Assembly (NCBI GenBank): GCA_029717555.1
Contig: JAMDHS010000018.1
Coordinates: forward strand, 186,001-250,000
DNA: 64,000 nucleotides
Direction: 5' to 3'
From: Peribolospora baueri
Taxonomy: Eukaryota
The notes under the pieces are model-generated. The model had not been told where the DNA came from. It worked only from the letters and a program-made list of their open reading frames with translations, and did no database searches. Positions 35,374 through 47,148 of the stretch are shown here, piece after piece. A program made the translations under genes and the position numbers. Every line of letters begins with the position of its first letter. Position 1 is the stretch's first letter.

Positions 35374-38300
35374 ATGGACAGCCGCCTCTCCGTCGCCCCG
35401 GCCGCCGACGCCGCCGCCAAGAAGCCGCCCACGCCAGCAGCGAAGAGCAGCCTGCGCAACCTCAAGGGCGCGTCCTTACGCGCCTCTATCCCCCCACCCA
35501 CCACCACCGGCGGCTCGCGCCCTACCTCTCGCAACGGCGCCTCCGCATCTCGCCCCGTCTCCCACGCGCCCTCCATCGGCGTCACCGGCCCCACGCCCGC
35601 CTCCTCCGTCTCCGCCCCCGCCGCCGCCAATGGCAACAACACGCTCGCCCAGCTCCACGCCGTCTTCGGACTCCCCAAGGACCCCTCCTGCTGGACGCTC
35701 GCCGAGGACGACTGCGTCGCCGGCGTTCACCATGTCGAGAGCGCCGTCGGCCGCTTTTGGAGGCCCGAGGTCTTGGGCAGCAGCGTTTCCAGCGCTCACG
35801 TCCCTGGCGGCGGCGGCGCCGACGCCGCTGGCAGCGGAGGCAAGACTGGCAAGGACGATGACAAGGCCGGCGGCACTCGCAAGCCGCCGAGGAAGACCGA
35901 TCCGAGGTGGATCGAGATGAGCGACGGCAGAGGCGGCTGCGAGAGGGTCGAGACGGCCAAAGTGCTCGCCAAGGCGCTCAAGGTGCGTCGCCGCGGAGCG
36001 CTGTTCTGTTCCACGCTCGGTCCGCGCTCATGCTCAACCTCCTTCTCGCTCACCCTTGCCCTTCCAGCACTCCTTCACCCGCGAGGTGGAGGTCGTCTGT
36101 GGCCCTCCGAACTACTCTCCCGTCAGCACCTCGCACACCTTCTCCTTCTCCGTTCCCGTCACCCGCATCCCCTCTCCCGTCGCCGGCACCACGACCACGG
36201 CCAGTGTGGACACAAACCACCTCCACCCTTCCTCTGCCGCTGGCAGCGGTGGACAACGCACCCTCTCCCGCCGACCCAGCAGCCTCAGCGACGGCCGCAA
36301 GGCGGCGAGCAGGCTGGGCCTCTCGATAAGCGAACTGCAGGACATTGATAAAGCACAGCAACAACGACAACAACAGCAACTACTGCAGCAGCATCAGCAA
36401 GCGGGCTTCGTTCCGTGGGGGCCTTCGTCCGCCCTTGCCATTTCTGCGGGCGATTTGGCTGACCCCACAGTCACCTTCTACGGCGTTACCCTCCTCGTCT
36501 GGTCCGCAGCGGACGACTCTCGAGCGCAGGCGGTGCGCAAGGAGCTCGAGCGCGCCGCCCGCCAACACGGCGCTGGCATGCCGCCCAGTCCCATCATCCC
36601 CGGCTACCGCGGTCGACGCGGCGGCGGCGGCGGCGGCGGGACCGGCAGGGGCGGCGGCATGTACGGCATGTCCGGCGGCGGGCCCGATGAGGACGCCATC
36701 GATTGGGAGCAGGATGAATTGGAGAGCGAGGGCGCCATTGACAGCAACCCGCCTGGCGGGCCTTTGGTCAGTCGTGCATTTATCGATCGTCATCCCGATC
36801 CTCTCGTTGAGAGCTTCGACGTTTTATTTTTTTCTCTTTCTCTTGCTGTCTCGCTGACCTCGTTCGACCCCGTTTGCTTTGCATTCGGACACATCAGGCC
36901 TTCCTCGGACCCAACACCACCTTCTACCTCCCCTACGCCATCTGTCTCGTCTCCCGTCACCCGCTCTACAACCTCCTCGGAGATTGGAACAAGGCGGCCT
37001 GGTTCAGGTACTCGAGGAACATCGAGTGGCACAACAGACTCATGTCCGTCATCCTCAATCATCACGCACCCCGCCCCGGAGAGACGATTCGTCTCGACGC
37101 GGGTCCGGACGACGACATCGACTTCCTTTGCAGCTTTCCTGGAGGCCTCGAGTGGAACCGCGGGCTCATCAACGTCGATGTAAGTTTTGTTTCGCCTCCG
37201 TTCGGTTTCTAGAGTCGCATGTTTTCGCATTCCACCGCCGACCGACGCTCATCTGGTGGCTGGACCTGGTCGGACTTGCAGTTTCCCATGTGGCCCGTGT
37301 TCAAGATGCTTTCCGTCGACAACTTGCTCCTCATTTGCGAGATCGCACTGGCCCCCTTCGGCCGCGTCCTCTTTCTCTCCCGTCACCCGTCCATCTTGGG
37401 CATGACCGTCGAGACGGTGCGTTACATCCTCGAGATGCGCGGCTGGCGCGGCATAGTGCACCAGAATGCGCACGCTCGTGACGTCCGCATTTTCCTCGAG
37501 GACCCCGGCAGCTGGCTCATCGCCGTCAACACCGAGCTCCGCTCGATCGCCAAGCCGCCGCTCGACGTCGCTGTCGTCGACATCGACCTCAACTTTGTCA
37601 ACTGTCCTCGCATGCCCCCCGGCGTGCCCGCTGGCCGATCGGCGAGGGAAAGGGCCAAGAAGAGGCTGAACGCCGCCCTCGGCTGGAGCGGGCCCGACTA
37701 CGCCCCGCCGCGCGAGTTCATCGAGGCCTACCCTGCCGGTCGCTTCCGTCCCGTCAGCAAGATCGTCGTCAAAGGCCGCGACTCGGCGCGGGAGAGGCTC
37801 GAGCCGCCCGCGTGGTGGGATCAGGGGCAGGTGTTGGCCACGTTCGACAAGGTCTTGCAGGATATCGTGAGCCGGCGTTTTTTCTTCTTTTTTTTGTGCT
37901 TTGCCCCCGACGTTGCTTGCTGAACTGTTTTTCCCGTCGGTCACCGGTTCGGTCCTCTCCGGCGTGCCATGGCGTGCGTCGAGCAGAAAAAACCCTCGCG
38001 GCTCAGGTCCATCTTCGGCAAGTCCTCTTCCCGCACCCCGTCCAACGTGCACTCGGACGAAGCCGCCGTGCTGGCGCTCCGCAAACGCGCCTCCTTCTTC
38101 GTCGACGCCCGCGACGGCCTGGAGAACAAGATCGGCAGGCTCAACAAACGCCTTGCGTTCCTCATCTCCGAGTCGGAGATGTGGAAGGTGCAGTTCGAGC
38201 GCATCCAGCACCTCGTCGATCGCCTCACCGGCGAGGCCAACGATCTTCGCAATAAAGTCGACAAGGAAAGGCGCGAGAGCAGGCGGCTCAGCGGCATGGT

Positions 38301-39954
38301 CACCGAGAGGGATCTACAGCACGTTCAGTTGCAGATGCAGCTCAAGGATACCGAAAACGCGCGAGAGGAGGCTCGGAGGGAGCTGATGACCATGCAGGAG
38401 AGGATGGACGCTCTGGAGATCGAGCGCGAGGCCATGATGGACGAGATCCGCGCCGTCATCTCCGGCGGCACCGACGACCTCAACCTGGCCATCCAGCGCC
38501 TCGACGTCCTCTCCGACATCGGCTCTCGCCCTGGAAGTCGCACCTCTCGTCGTGGCAGCATCGGCAGTCGACCTGGTTCGCGCACCGACGCCGCCGGCCG
38601 CTTCCGCGGTGTCGTGTCGCCCGCATTCGAACGCGGCCGCGCCGTCGAGCGCATCGCCGAATCCAGCACCGAAGCCCTGGTAAGGCCGCGCAGGAGCATG
38701 TCGGCCGACGACGGTCCGATGCGCGGGAGCAGGCGCAACTCGCTGGCCAGCGTAAGGCGCATGTCTGTGTCGAGCATCGACGGCACCGCCGACGACGCGC
38801 TGCAAGCCGAGATCTCGCTTCGGACGAGCGTCGTGTCGGACCAGATCACGAGGCTGCAACGCCAGCTCGAGAGCACGCTGATCAACCTCGAAGAGCGTCG
38901 GAGCATCGATAACTCGAACAGGCGCAACTCGATCGTCAGCGTGGCGAGGAGCGAGCGCAGCGTTCGCAGTCCCGGCGAGGGCGAGGGCGGCGGCAGCGGC
39001 GGCGCGGCGCCCAACAGCGCAGGAACGGAGGATGAGGAGATCATGGCAGACGAAGACAGGTCGCCGACGAGCCCTTCCAGCGACAAGGACAAGCCGGCGG
39101 CCAAGGTGCCGTCTCGAGTCACGCCCACCCCTCCTTCCGCCTACCGCCCGCCCCGCTACATAAATAACGTGCCTAAGAGACAGAGCACGCCAGGCAGAGT
39201 CGTCAGTCCGAGCGTCGGCTCTCGGACGGAAAGCCGCGGCGAGGCGAAGCGAGACGGCGCTCAGTCTCCTGCGTCCCCAACGGACTCGGTCCCCCCGGCC
39301 TCGCCCGCCGCGTCTCCCGAGCCCGTCGCTGTGCCCAACAACGTCCGTCTCTCCGCCTTCATGTCGCCTTCCTTGACCGACGTCAGTACGCCCGTCCCCT
39401 CTTCGCCTTCCGTCGAGCCCGATCGGACGCCGCGGATGAACCAGAACAACTCGTCTCGCATGTCGATCGTCTCCAACTACGAGGACGCCCGGTCCGAGAT
39501 TGCGCGCTATTACGACGGCCCCGCCGCGAGCGTGGCCTCGTCCGACGATCTCTTCTCTCGCTCCAGTCTGGATTCACTGACGTACGGCGCCGGCGCCGGC
39601 GCCGGCACTGACCGACCTCTGGGCCAGGAGGGCACGGAGAACGACGATGAGATGAGCGCCTTTGGTGGTCATTCGCTCGAGTCGCACCACATCGATGGCA
39701 TCGGCGTCGTCCACTCTGCCTCCACGACCTCGACCTTTCGCGATGCCTCGCCGCCCCCCGCCAAGAACGTTGGTCTTGGCCGCGAAGTAACGCTGAGGCC
39801 TTCGACGACCATGTCGAGCATGAGCAGCGACACGACCAAGTTTGAGCCCATCGAGCAGAGGACCGACAGCCCTACCATTCCCACCGTCGGCAAGCTTGAC
39901 AACGGCACGCTCTCGAGGTCGACGAGTGCGGAGACCGAGACCACCGTCGCCTGA
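35374..39954 (+). CDS. DENN-domain protein (putative Rab GEF) with coiled coil and disordered C-terminus
   Basis: TFYGVTLLVW, FYLPYAICLVSRHPLYNLL, FPMWPVFKMLSVDNLLLICEIALAPFGRVLFLSRHPSIL, VAVVDIDLN fit uDENN/cDENN blocks; heptad region ~38120-38450. Confidence 0.85.
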
Positions 39955-40307
39955 ACGACGCGGAGGAACGCTCGCTGGAGGCCCCATGACCCTTCCCCCA
40001 CACTCCCCACCCATTCCTTTCCTCTCGCTATTTACCCCCACCGTTCTCCTTCCATCTTCGATCTCCAACCCATCTTCCCTCGTTCGCGCCTAACGAAACT
40101 CCGCTCGGCTGAGCCGTACTTATATCCTACCTACCCTAGCCAGCCTACCCACGCTCCTTAATTGACCTCTCCGTCAGTCTGTCGATACATTCATTACCCG
40201 CACCCGCCCGTCGGTCGGTCTGCTCGCTCCCCTTCCGCTCGTTTGCAACTCTTCCCGTTCTACGCTGCCCCTCCCCCCGACTCTCCCGTTCTACGCTGCT
40301 CCTCCCC

Positions 40308-40308
<1 letters not shown>

Positions 40309-40348
<40 letters not shown>
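40309..40348. repeat. Poly(C)40 tract
   Basis: 40 consecutive C. Confidence 0.95.
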
Positions 40349-40349
<1 letters not shown>

Positions 40350-40636
40350 ACTAGGCCTCGCCCACCGTTCGGTTTCGCTCACTCGCTTCTCTAGCGCCGC
40401 GCACCTTATTTGATTCCCTGGCTCGCGCCTCCACTAGGAGGGAACAGCGATGGTCGCTTTTCGTTGTCTGTATACTCTTTCTTTGGATTTTCGGTACGCC
40501 GGCGAATGGAAATGGAAGCGAAGGGCTCGGAAAAGCCCGTCTGTCTATCTGTCTACCCTTGTAGTCTGAACAAGACGAAGGAAAAGAAAAGAAAAGAAAA
40601 GAAGTCCACGGAATTCCCGTTCCGATTGAGTCCTGG

Positions 40637-42526
40637 CTACCATCCTCTCCGCAACGCATCCTCGTAGCAGAGCGTTAGCCTTTCTTCCACCATCTCGCCG
40701 TCGCCTCTTTCCTTTTTCCTTTCCCTTTCCCTTTTGGGAGGGAAGAAGAAGGGAAAGGCGGCGACGCGCAGGGCACTTTCGAAGAGGTCGTCGATGACGC
40801 ATGACAGTCGAGCGCCCGTTTGCTTAAAGTCCGGTTGCTGTGATAGAATGAATTGAATGGGCGAAGAAGGGAGGGCAAGAAAAGCGAGATGGTTAGTTAC
40901 GCTGGAACAACTCGCTTCTCGTTCCCTCCCTCCCTTTTCTTTGCTATCTCCTTCGACCCCACTTCACATCCGCGCGCCCGTTCGTCCAGACAGCCAAAGA
41001 GAAGACGAAGATATCGCGGCTAAGAGATGCTCACCGCATTAACCTCCAGCAGCCACACGCCCAGCCGATCATCCACGCACAGGTCCACGCCAAAGATTTC
41101 GAACGCGTTCGGAAGCGGCTGGAAGTGGACGTGCGAGGGACCTTGGACGGCCGCCCGGAAGGTCTCGCCTATCACTTCTACAACGCTTGCATAGATCTTT
41201 TGGAGGTCAGCACGGGTGAGGATGGCGGCGGGAGAGGAAGAGGGGCTGCTGGAATAGACGGGCAAGCCGTCCAGCTCCCAGAAGAGCCGAACGTTGCGCT
41301 CGGCCGGTACGCCTTCTTCGCTCGTCGCCGCCGCCTCGTCTCCGGCGCTCCAGCGCTCTTGGAGGCAGGTATTGGTGAGGTGCCGACGGAGGTCTGTGAC
41401 GCTTCCATCCTCATTGACGTCCGACCCAGCAGACGATCTGGAATCGCACACGGGATCGGAACCAGGAGGCTCGTACGGCAGAGGAGCGAAGAGGGCGAGC
41501 ATATCCCTGTAAAGGTAGACCTTGATGGCGTGCGCCGCTAGAACGTAGGCACGCAAATGGAACTTGCGACCTTTGGATTGTCCATGACCCTGCGGTGTGG
41601 AGCGTTCCGTGGTCGTCGTCGTCGTCCCATTCGAGCGACCGCTGGAGGTTGCGTGGGCCTCGTCGCCAATGTTCGAAGGGGCGTCTTCTGGCTCGAGCAG
41701 GAGCGGGTTGGAGATGTATTCCTGTGATGCGACGGGGAACCGGATCGAAGAGGCAAGAACGCAGTCCGTTGAATCTCTCTCCTTCTCTCCCGCCCACCTC
41801 AGTCGCCATCCTCCCCAGCTCGCTCACCTGAATCACGAAATGTCGCAGCTGGCTAGTCGCGACCCTGGTATACTCAGTGCCGCGCCCATCTCCATCCTCC
41901 TCCTTCTCCTCCTCCTCCTCCTCTTCCGTATCACTAATGCCGCCAAACTCGTCAAAGATGGCATACAAATCCTCTTTCGTCGAGAACAGCCTGATCCCCT
42001 GTCCCCGATCCGCCATGCTCGGCTTGAGGATAAAGTGCTTCCGCGGGCGCCCTTCCTCAAACGCTTCTGCCAGCTCGTACAGGTCGTCAGCCAGGAGCTC
42101 GTCCAACTCGTCCGCAAACTGGATCTCGAGCCTCCATGTCCTGGGCACGGTGCGGCGGAGGAGCGATCGGTGGGGGTGTTTGACGAGATAGGCGTGCACG
42201 GTGTGCTGGAGGGCGTGTTTGCGGATGAGCGCCTTGCGGAAGACGTAGGACGAGGCGAGCGAGGTTGTGGGGTGTGAGAGTAGGACATCGAAGTTGAGAT
42301 GGTCATAGTCGCCGAACTGGAGCGCCGCCGGTGGCGTCTCCTCATTCGGATCGCTCTCGGCCTCGTCGTGGCTTCCGGGGCGTACATGTGGTTCACCGTC
42401 CAAAACGGTGAAGGAGGTGAGGACCTTGGCGACGGCTCGCACGGCGGCGGCTTGGGTGTACTCCGCTCCAGGGAAGTACACCCTCGCGGTGCGCGGGAGG
42501 GGCGCGAGAGAGGTCGTCTTGGTCAT
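40637..42526 (-). CDS. PBY1: Tubulin-tyrosine ligase (TTL/ATP-grasp) family protein, Pby1-like
   Basis: ASSYVFRKALIRKH, FILKPSMADRGQGIRLF, TSQLRHFVIQ|EYISNPLLL, GRKFHLRAYV, HLTNTCLQ, FQPLPNAFEIFGVD..WLLEVNA|QPDFKQTG; stop TAG at 40637. Confidence 0.88.
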
Positions 42527-43028
42527 CAGTGGGGATGCATCCGGAAGAAGGGACACTGAGACGTCGAGACGTGGAGAAGAAAAACGAGCAATCGGAACGG
42601 GAAGAAGAAATAGACGGGGGCGCGATAAGATCAGATCAAGTCCAGAGGATTCGACACGAGCTTTGGGCCGACCGAATTGCTACAATGGTGGAAAAGCCAC
42701 GGAACAGCCTTCGGTATGGTACAGCTAGGAAGCACGAGGCGGGAGACACAACAAAGAGAGTGCAAGGAAAGCGCAAGATCGACGTTTGTGCGCCATACGC
42801 GGCTTGGCGCACGAGGGTTACAAGCTGAAGAAGTAGAATCAAACTGAACCGACATTCACCGAGACGAAGGCCCAGCCCGAAACGACAAGGATGGAACAGC
42901 GATCGAAAGCGGGCCCAGTCAGGACAGGTCGATGATGACAAGCGGAGCATGGCATACGAGGAAGAATGGGCGGATGCCGGTTCACTAACGCGCACAGCGC
43001 TCAGATGTGAGCAAGGCAACCTCGCTCT

Positions 43029-43952
43029 TCACCTCCCATTCCCCACCCCTCCGCCGCCGGCCCTCTCGACCATCATAGGCTCAGCTCTTCCATACACGGC
43101 ACGAGGAAGGCTGCGTTGTCTGCTTCTGTACTCCGCATACTCGGCCGAGGCGGCCTTGGCGTCGATGACGGACATCATCCTCGTCGACGGAGAGCGCCAG
43201 GGCCCACGAGTCGTGTCTGCCCCTAAAGCATCGTCTCGGCCGGAGCGTGCTCTGGCGAGGCCATTGGGTTTTTGGAAAGAGGCTCCATCCCCTGTGGACA
43301 TGGACGTGGGAGGTTGGCTGTAAGGGGCAGAGTACGAGTGGGAGGAGGGAGAGCCGCCTCTTTGGAGGGAGGAGGAGCGCTTGGAGTGCAGAGCCACGGA
43401 CTCCGACGTCGTAAGCGCACACTTGCGGCAGACAGGCTACCATCGTGAACGGAAAGGCGGGAAGGAGCGGAAAGGTTAGATGAGCGGAGAAATTCGAGGA
43501 CCCACCAATGATACTGAAGGATTCTGGCGAGACGACGCTCACCTCTCCATTTCTTTCCCGCTCCTCTACGTCGCCCGCCGAGCATTTCTGCTCCAAAAGA
43601 GGGTTCCTATACACGGTCGAGGAGGCAAAGGAACACGAACATGATCCTCACGGTCAATACCGAGTCTTCAACACAAGACCACCCACGACCACTCACCAAA
43701 TAGCCGCAGCTTCGAATCGAGAAAGAGAGTATAAGCAAGCATCACACACATTGCGCCCACTCGGCCTTCGCACGCCACGTCTCCTGCCGCCCATCCTCGG
43801 GACAACTTACCTTCGGAGCAACAGCAGCTCAATGCGCAGTAGCATGGTGCACAAAAGACGGCGGTGACGTAGTGCCAGCGGCTGATCTTGCCGAAGGAGT
43901 GCTCGCCACCTTCGTCGCACCGGTCGGTGATCTCCGTCGATGCAGTCGACAT
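43029..43952 (-). CDS. Small Cys-rich, probably membrane-associated protein, BRI3/DUF2367-like, 4 exons
   Basis: Phase-consistent model: MSTASTEITDRCDEGGEHSFGKISRWHYVTAVFCAPCYCALSCCCSE|AAAIW|NPLLEQKCSAGDVEERERNGE|PVCRKCALTTSE...GNGR*; donors gtaagt/gtgagt/gtgagc. Confidence 0.65.
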
Positions 43953-44339
43953 GAAAGCGAGAAGGAAAGGGGCCGAGTTAAAAAAGAGGGGAGCGGGCAG
44001 GACGTGCGTATATGCGGTGGGAAAGAGAAAAAAGCTGAAAACGAAGGGGTGGGCGGTGGTGCAGCGTCAGGCACGGTAGATTTGGAGAAGCGGGCAAGGG
44101 GTTGCAAGGCTCGCCTGGTAAGTCGAGGGACGGAATTGCAAAGCAGACAAAGAAAGGCGCCGTCGACAGGACCTCGTACCGGCCCCGACTTGGAAGGTGG
44201 CGTCGTGGTATGAGAAGCTGGAGGGAACCTGTAGAAATCGAAACGGTACGGACAGGTTCAGGCGGCAGTAACCGAGGGGCGGGAGGGAACCGACGTGAAC
44301 GAAAGCGTGTTGTCCAAAGGAGCCACACAGCACAAAAGA

Positions 44340-45355
44340 AGTGTTTCAAATCAAGGGAAGGTCTCGAGCCTGTCGAGCCGGTGAAGAGGCTTTATCAAAA
44401 CGCGACGAAAGGCCAGAAAGAGATATAATGGAAGGAAGGTGGGGACGGTGGCTGTGCGAGGATGGAGGAGGTGAGTTGGCGAGCGACGGAATCTCGCTCG
44501 AGGCCCTTTTAAACTGTGTACCGGAGTCCTGTCAGCGCCACGCACACCCAACTGCCCCCCTCCCTGCCTTGGCCTCGGACAGTCTGGGCGACGCAATTTC
44601 GAGAGACGAGTAACGATCGTTGTTGTCTTCTTTGTCCGACACGCCCGGCTGACGGGCAGATATTGACGATTCCAGCGTGGCAACGGCGCTGCGGCCGACT
44701 GCGGCGTCTACACGGGCAACAAGTGAGAGCGCGCACGTGCCGTCCCAAAAGTTCGCGAGGGAGGAAGATTTCTGGAGATGTAAGTCCTCCATTGCTCTCA
44801 AAACATCAAGTGCTGCACGCCTGAGCTGGTGGTGGAACTCTGAGGTCCGCTAGTCAAATCTGCCTCGAGGATGTCGACGTCGACTCGGTCGAGTGTAGCC
44901 GAGTCAGCAGCAACCGCCCTCCTTTCAGGCCTTCGACTAAAAAAAGACGAGTCCTTTTCGAAGCGGATCGAGACAAAGGCCTGAAAGGAGGGCGGTTGCT
45001 GCTGGCTCGGTCGTCGGGAGCCGTGGCGCTTCAAGGAATTACCTCTACACTCAACCGAGTCGTCGACATTCTGGAGGCAGGTATGACGAGCGGACCTCAG
45101 AGTTCCACCACCAGCTCGCCGGTGACGCATAGGAGCGTACAGAGGCGTGCAGCACTTGATGTTTTGAGAACAATGGAGGACTTATCTCCAGAGACCTTCG
45201 CTCGTGTTACCGAGACTTTCCGCCAGGAACACTCAGCGGTGGACTCATACCTGTACATGGCTGATATGCCCAAACAGCGTCAAGCTTGGCTCAAGTATCT
45301 TTTGGATAGCAGTGAACCGGATGAATCGCAAGTAAGAAGTAGGGGCCGGCCGTGA
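44340..45355 (+). pseudogene. Remnant of PIF/Harbinger accessory (Myb/SANT-like) gene, interrupted by an inverted duplicate of its own 3' part
   Basis: C-terminal VQRRAALDVLRTMEDLSPETFARVTETFRQEHSAVDSYLYMADMPKQRQAWLKYLL resembles fungal PIF ORF1 tails; decayed KRLY..W..WEE..HP pattern with a gtgagt..cag intron at ~44471-44535; position convergent to the transposase. Confidence 0.55.
44771..45192. repeat. Long inverted repeat: arms 44771-44933 and 44976-45192, 42-nt loop
   Basis: Three perfect complementary runs of 29, 29 and 27 bp; right arm has extra 34-nt and 25-nt segments. Confidence 0.93.
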
Positions 45356-45499
45356 GCTCTTGAGCTGCCGGCCGGCACGTCGTTCCTGCACTTCTCAATC
45401 TCGCTACCTTCCTTCAGTTTGTACGTGAGATCGCACCTCCTTCAGCCAGATGAAAGAAGGAAGAATTGAAAGGAAGAGGAGACAACGAATCTCATTGAT

Positions 45500-46898
45500 T
45501 CAAAGCATGCGGACAAAGCGGGACTCAGCATCCCTGACACTCAAGTCCTGCTGATAGTCCTCCCACATCGCATGCGCAATCTCGTCCCTACGGTCACTTG
45601 TCGTCGCCACATCATTGTCTCCTACAGTGCTTTCGTCGGCCTGGACCGTACCTTCTTCCTCTTCCCTGGTCCGTCTCCCCTCAGGCTGGCCGTCAGCAGG
45701 ATTTCGGAAACGGGTGAAGTTGTATAGCGCAAAGAGAGCACGAATCAAGTGGGCTTGAGTCTGGGCCGGATACTCCGAGCCTCGCTCGAGGACTTGAATT
45801 GTTCCTTTGCTGCTCCGAAAGTACGCGCGATGGTATTGCGAAGGGATGCATGGCGGAGGTTGAAAAGTTCTCTTGGGTTCTGTGGCCTGTTATATCAGTG
45901 ACATTACCAAAATGATGTCATCAGCACTCCATTGTGATAGCCCAACTGCGGATGGACACCTAATGACATGCATTTGTTGTACACTCGCCCATTCACGAAG
46001 ATGATACCTTACGCCTGTGTAAGGAACCAGCAGCTCCGTACAATTTGGAAAGCCTTTGTCTGCAACGAGGTATTTACCCGTGGGGATCTGGAACGGCCGT
46101 CGCGCTTGACGTCCTGCCAAATCCTGAAGTCCGAGGCACTTCCTTCCCAGCCACTGAGTACGTAGGTAAACGCCAGATCGAAGGAGCAAACGGCCAAATT
46201 GTTCCACGAGAGCGTGCCTTTACGATCCCGGAAGCGAGGGCGGGATCGAGGCCGGGGGGTTAGCTGGGATGTGCGTACCATCCATTGCGCCGACACAATC
46301 TTTGAAAAATTTGAAACGCGGATCGTTGGCAATTTGAAGGGGGGGGGGGTGCAGACAGCGGCTAGTTGGCATGCGGACAACGGTCTCATAGAATCGTGGA
46401 TGCAGAAGTGCGTTCAAGGACGCATGAAAGCACCTAAGACACCGTCAGTGCTGCATCAAAGATTGCAAGCTCAGAAAAATGCATCTCTGTACATAATTGC
46501 TAACCGTGTCTTGACTCCTGTTAAACAGAGTGGCCACCTCGGCGTTAGAGCAGCCTGTCTTGACCGTGTACAGGAATATAGCCAGTCGCTCTTTGGCAGA
46601 CACATATCGAGATGAGGCCGAGTTCGACCGGTCTGCAGCTCATGAAGCAATGCTTCGAAGACATTCGCAGACATCCCAAAGTTGTCCAGGTGCTCCCCTT
46701 CAGTCTGCTCTTGCATCCAGTCTAACCCTGCTTGTGCGGAGGCATGTGGGGTGTTTTGGCAAGGTAGCGGGCTGCGTAGAGCCCTGCAGCGGCAGCTACA
46801 CTTGCTACAAGCAGAATAGCCGCCCGACGACGGCGTCTTCGGTACTGCTCCCAGTGCTCTTCCTTGCTCTGCTGCGCGATAGTTGGTAAGGGTTACAT
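45500..46898 (-). pseudogene. PIF/Harbinger (HARBI1-like DDE) transposase pseudogene
   Basis: YLAKTPH..GLDWMQE, SRYVSAKERLAIFLY..FNRSQDTVS, FFKDCVGAMDGTHI, RFRDRKG..NNLAVCSFDLAFTYVLSGWEGSASD, GKYLVADKGF..LLVPYTGVRYHLREW, ELFNLRHASLRN, RDEIAHAMWEDY; ATG immediately followed by TAA, several frameshifts, one intron donor apparently mutated. Confidence 0.93.
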
Positions 46899-47148
46899 TA
46901 TTGTTAGAGGCTGGACAGGAAACGGCGAGATGCAGATGGGTGGATTGGATGTGTGAGGCGACGGTCGGGGCGAAGTGTCACGGTACGCGCGAGGTGCGCG
47001 TTGCCGTCACGGACCGCGTTTTGTATGGCCGGACCAGTAGACTAGCCCACACAATGATGATCACGTGCACTTGCACGACGCGAGTGATCGGCTGCAACTC
47101 AAGCCGCCGTCCTCCTTCAGATCGGTTTTTCTGGTTCGTTCGATAACA

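Larger units (their letters stand above)
44150..47023. mobile_element. Decayed PIF/Harbinger DNA transposon (convergent accessory ORF and transposase); ends approximate
   Basis: Harbinger transposase on the minus strand plus accessory-protein remnant on the plus strand; lower GC; no clean TIR/TSD found. Confidence 0.8.
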
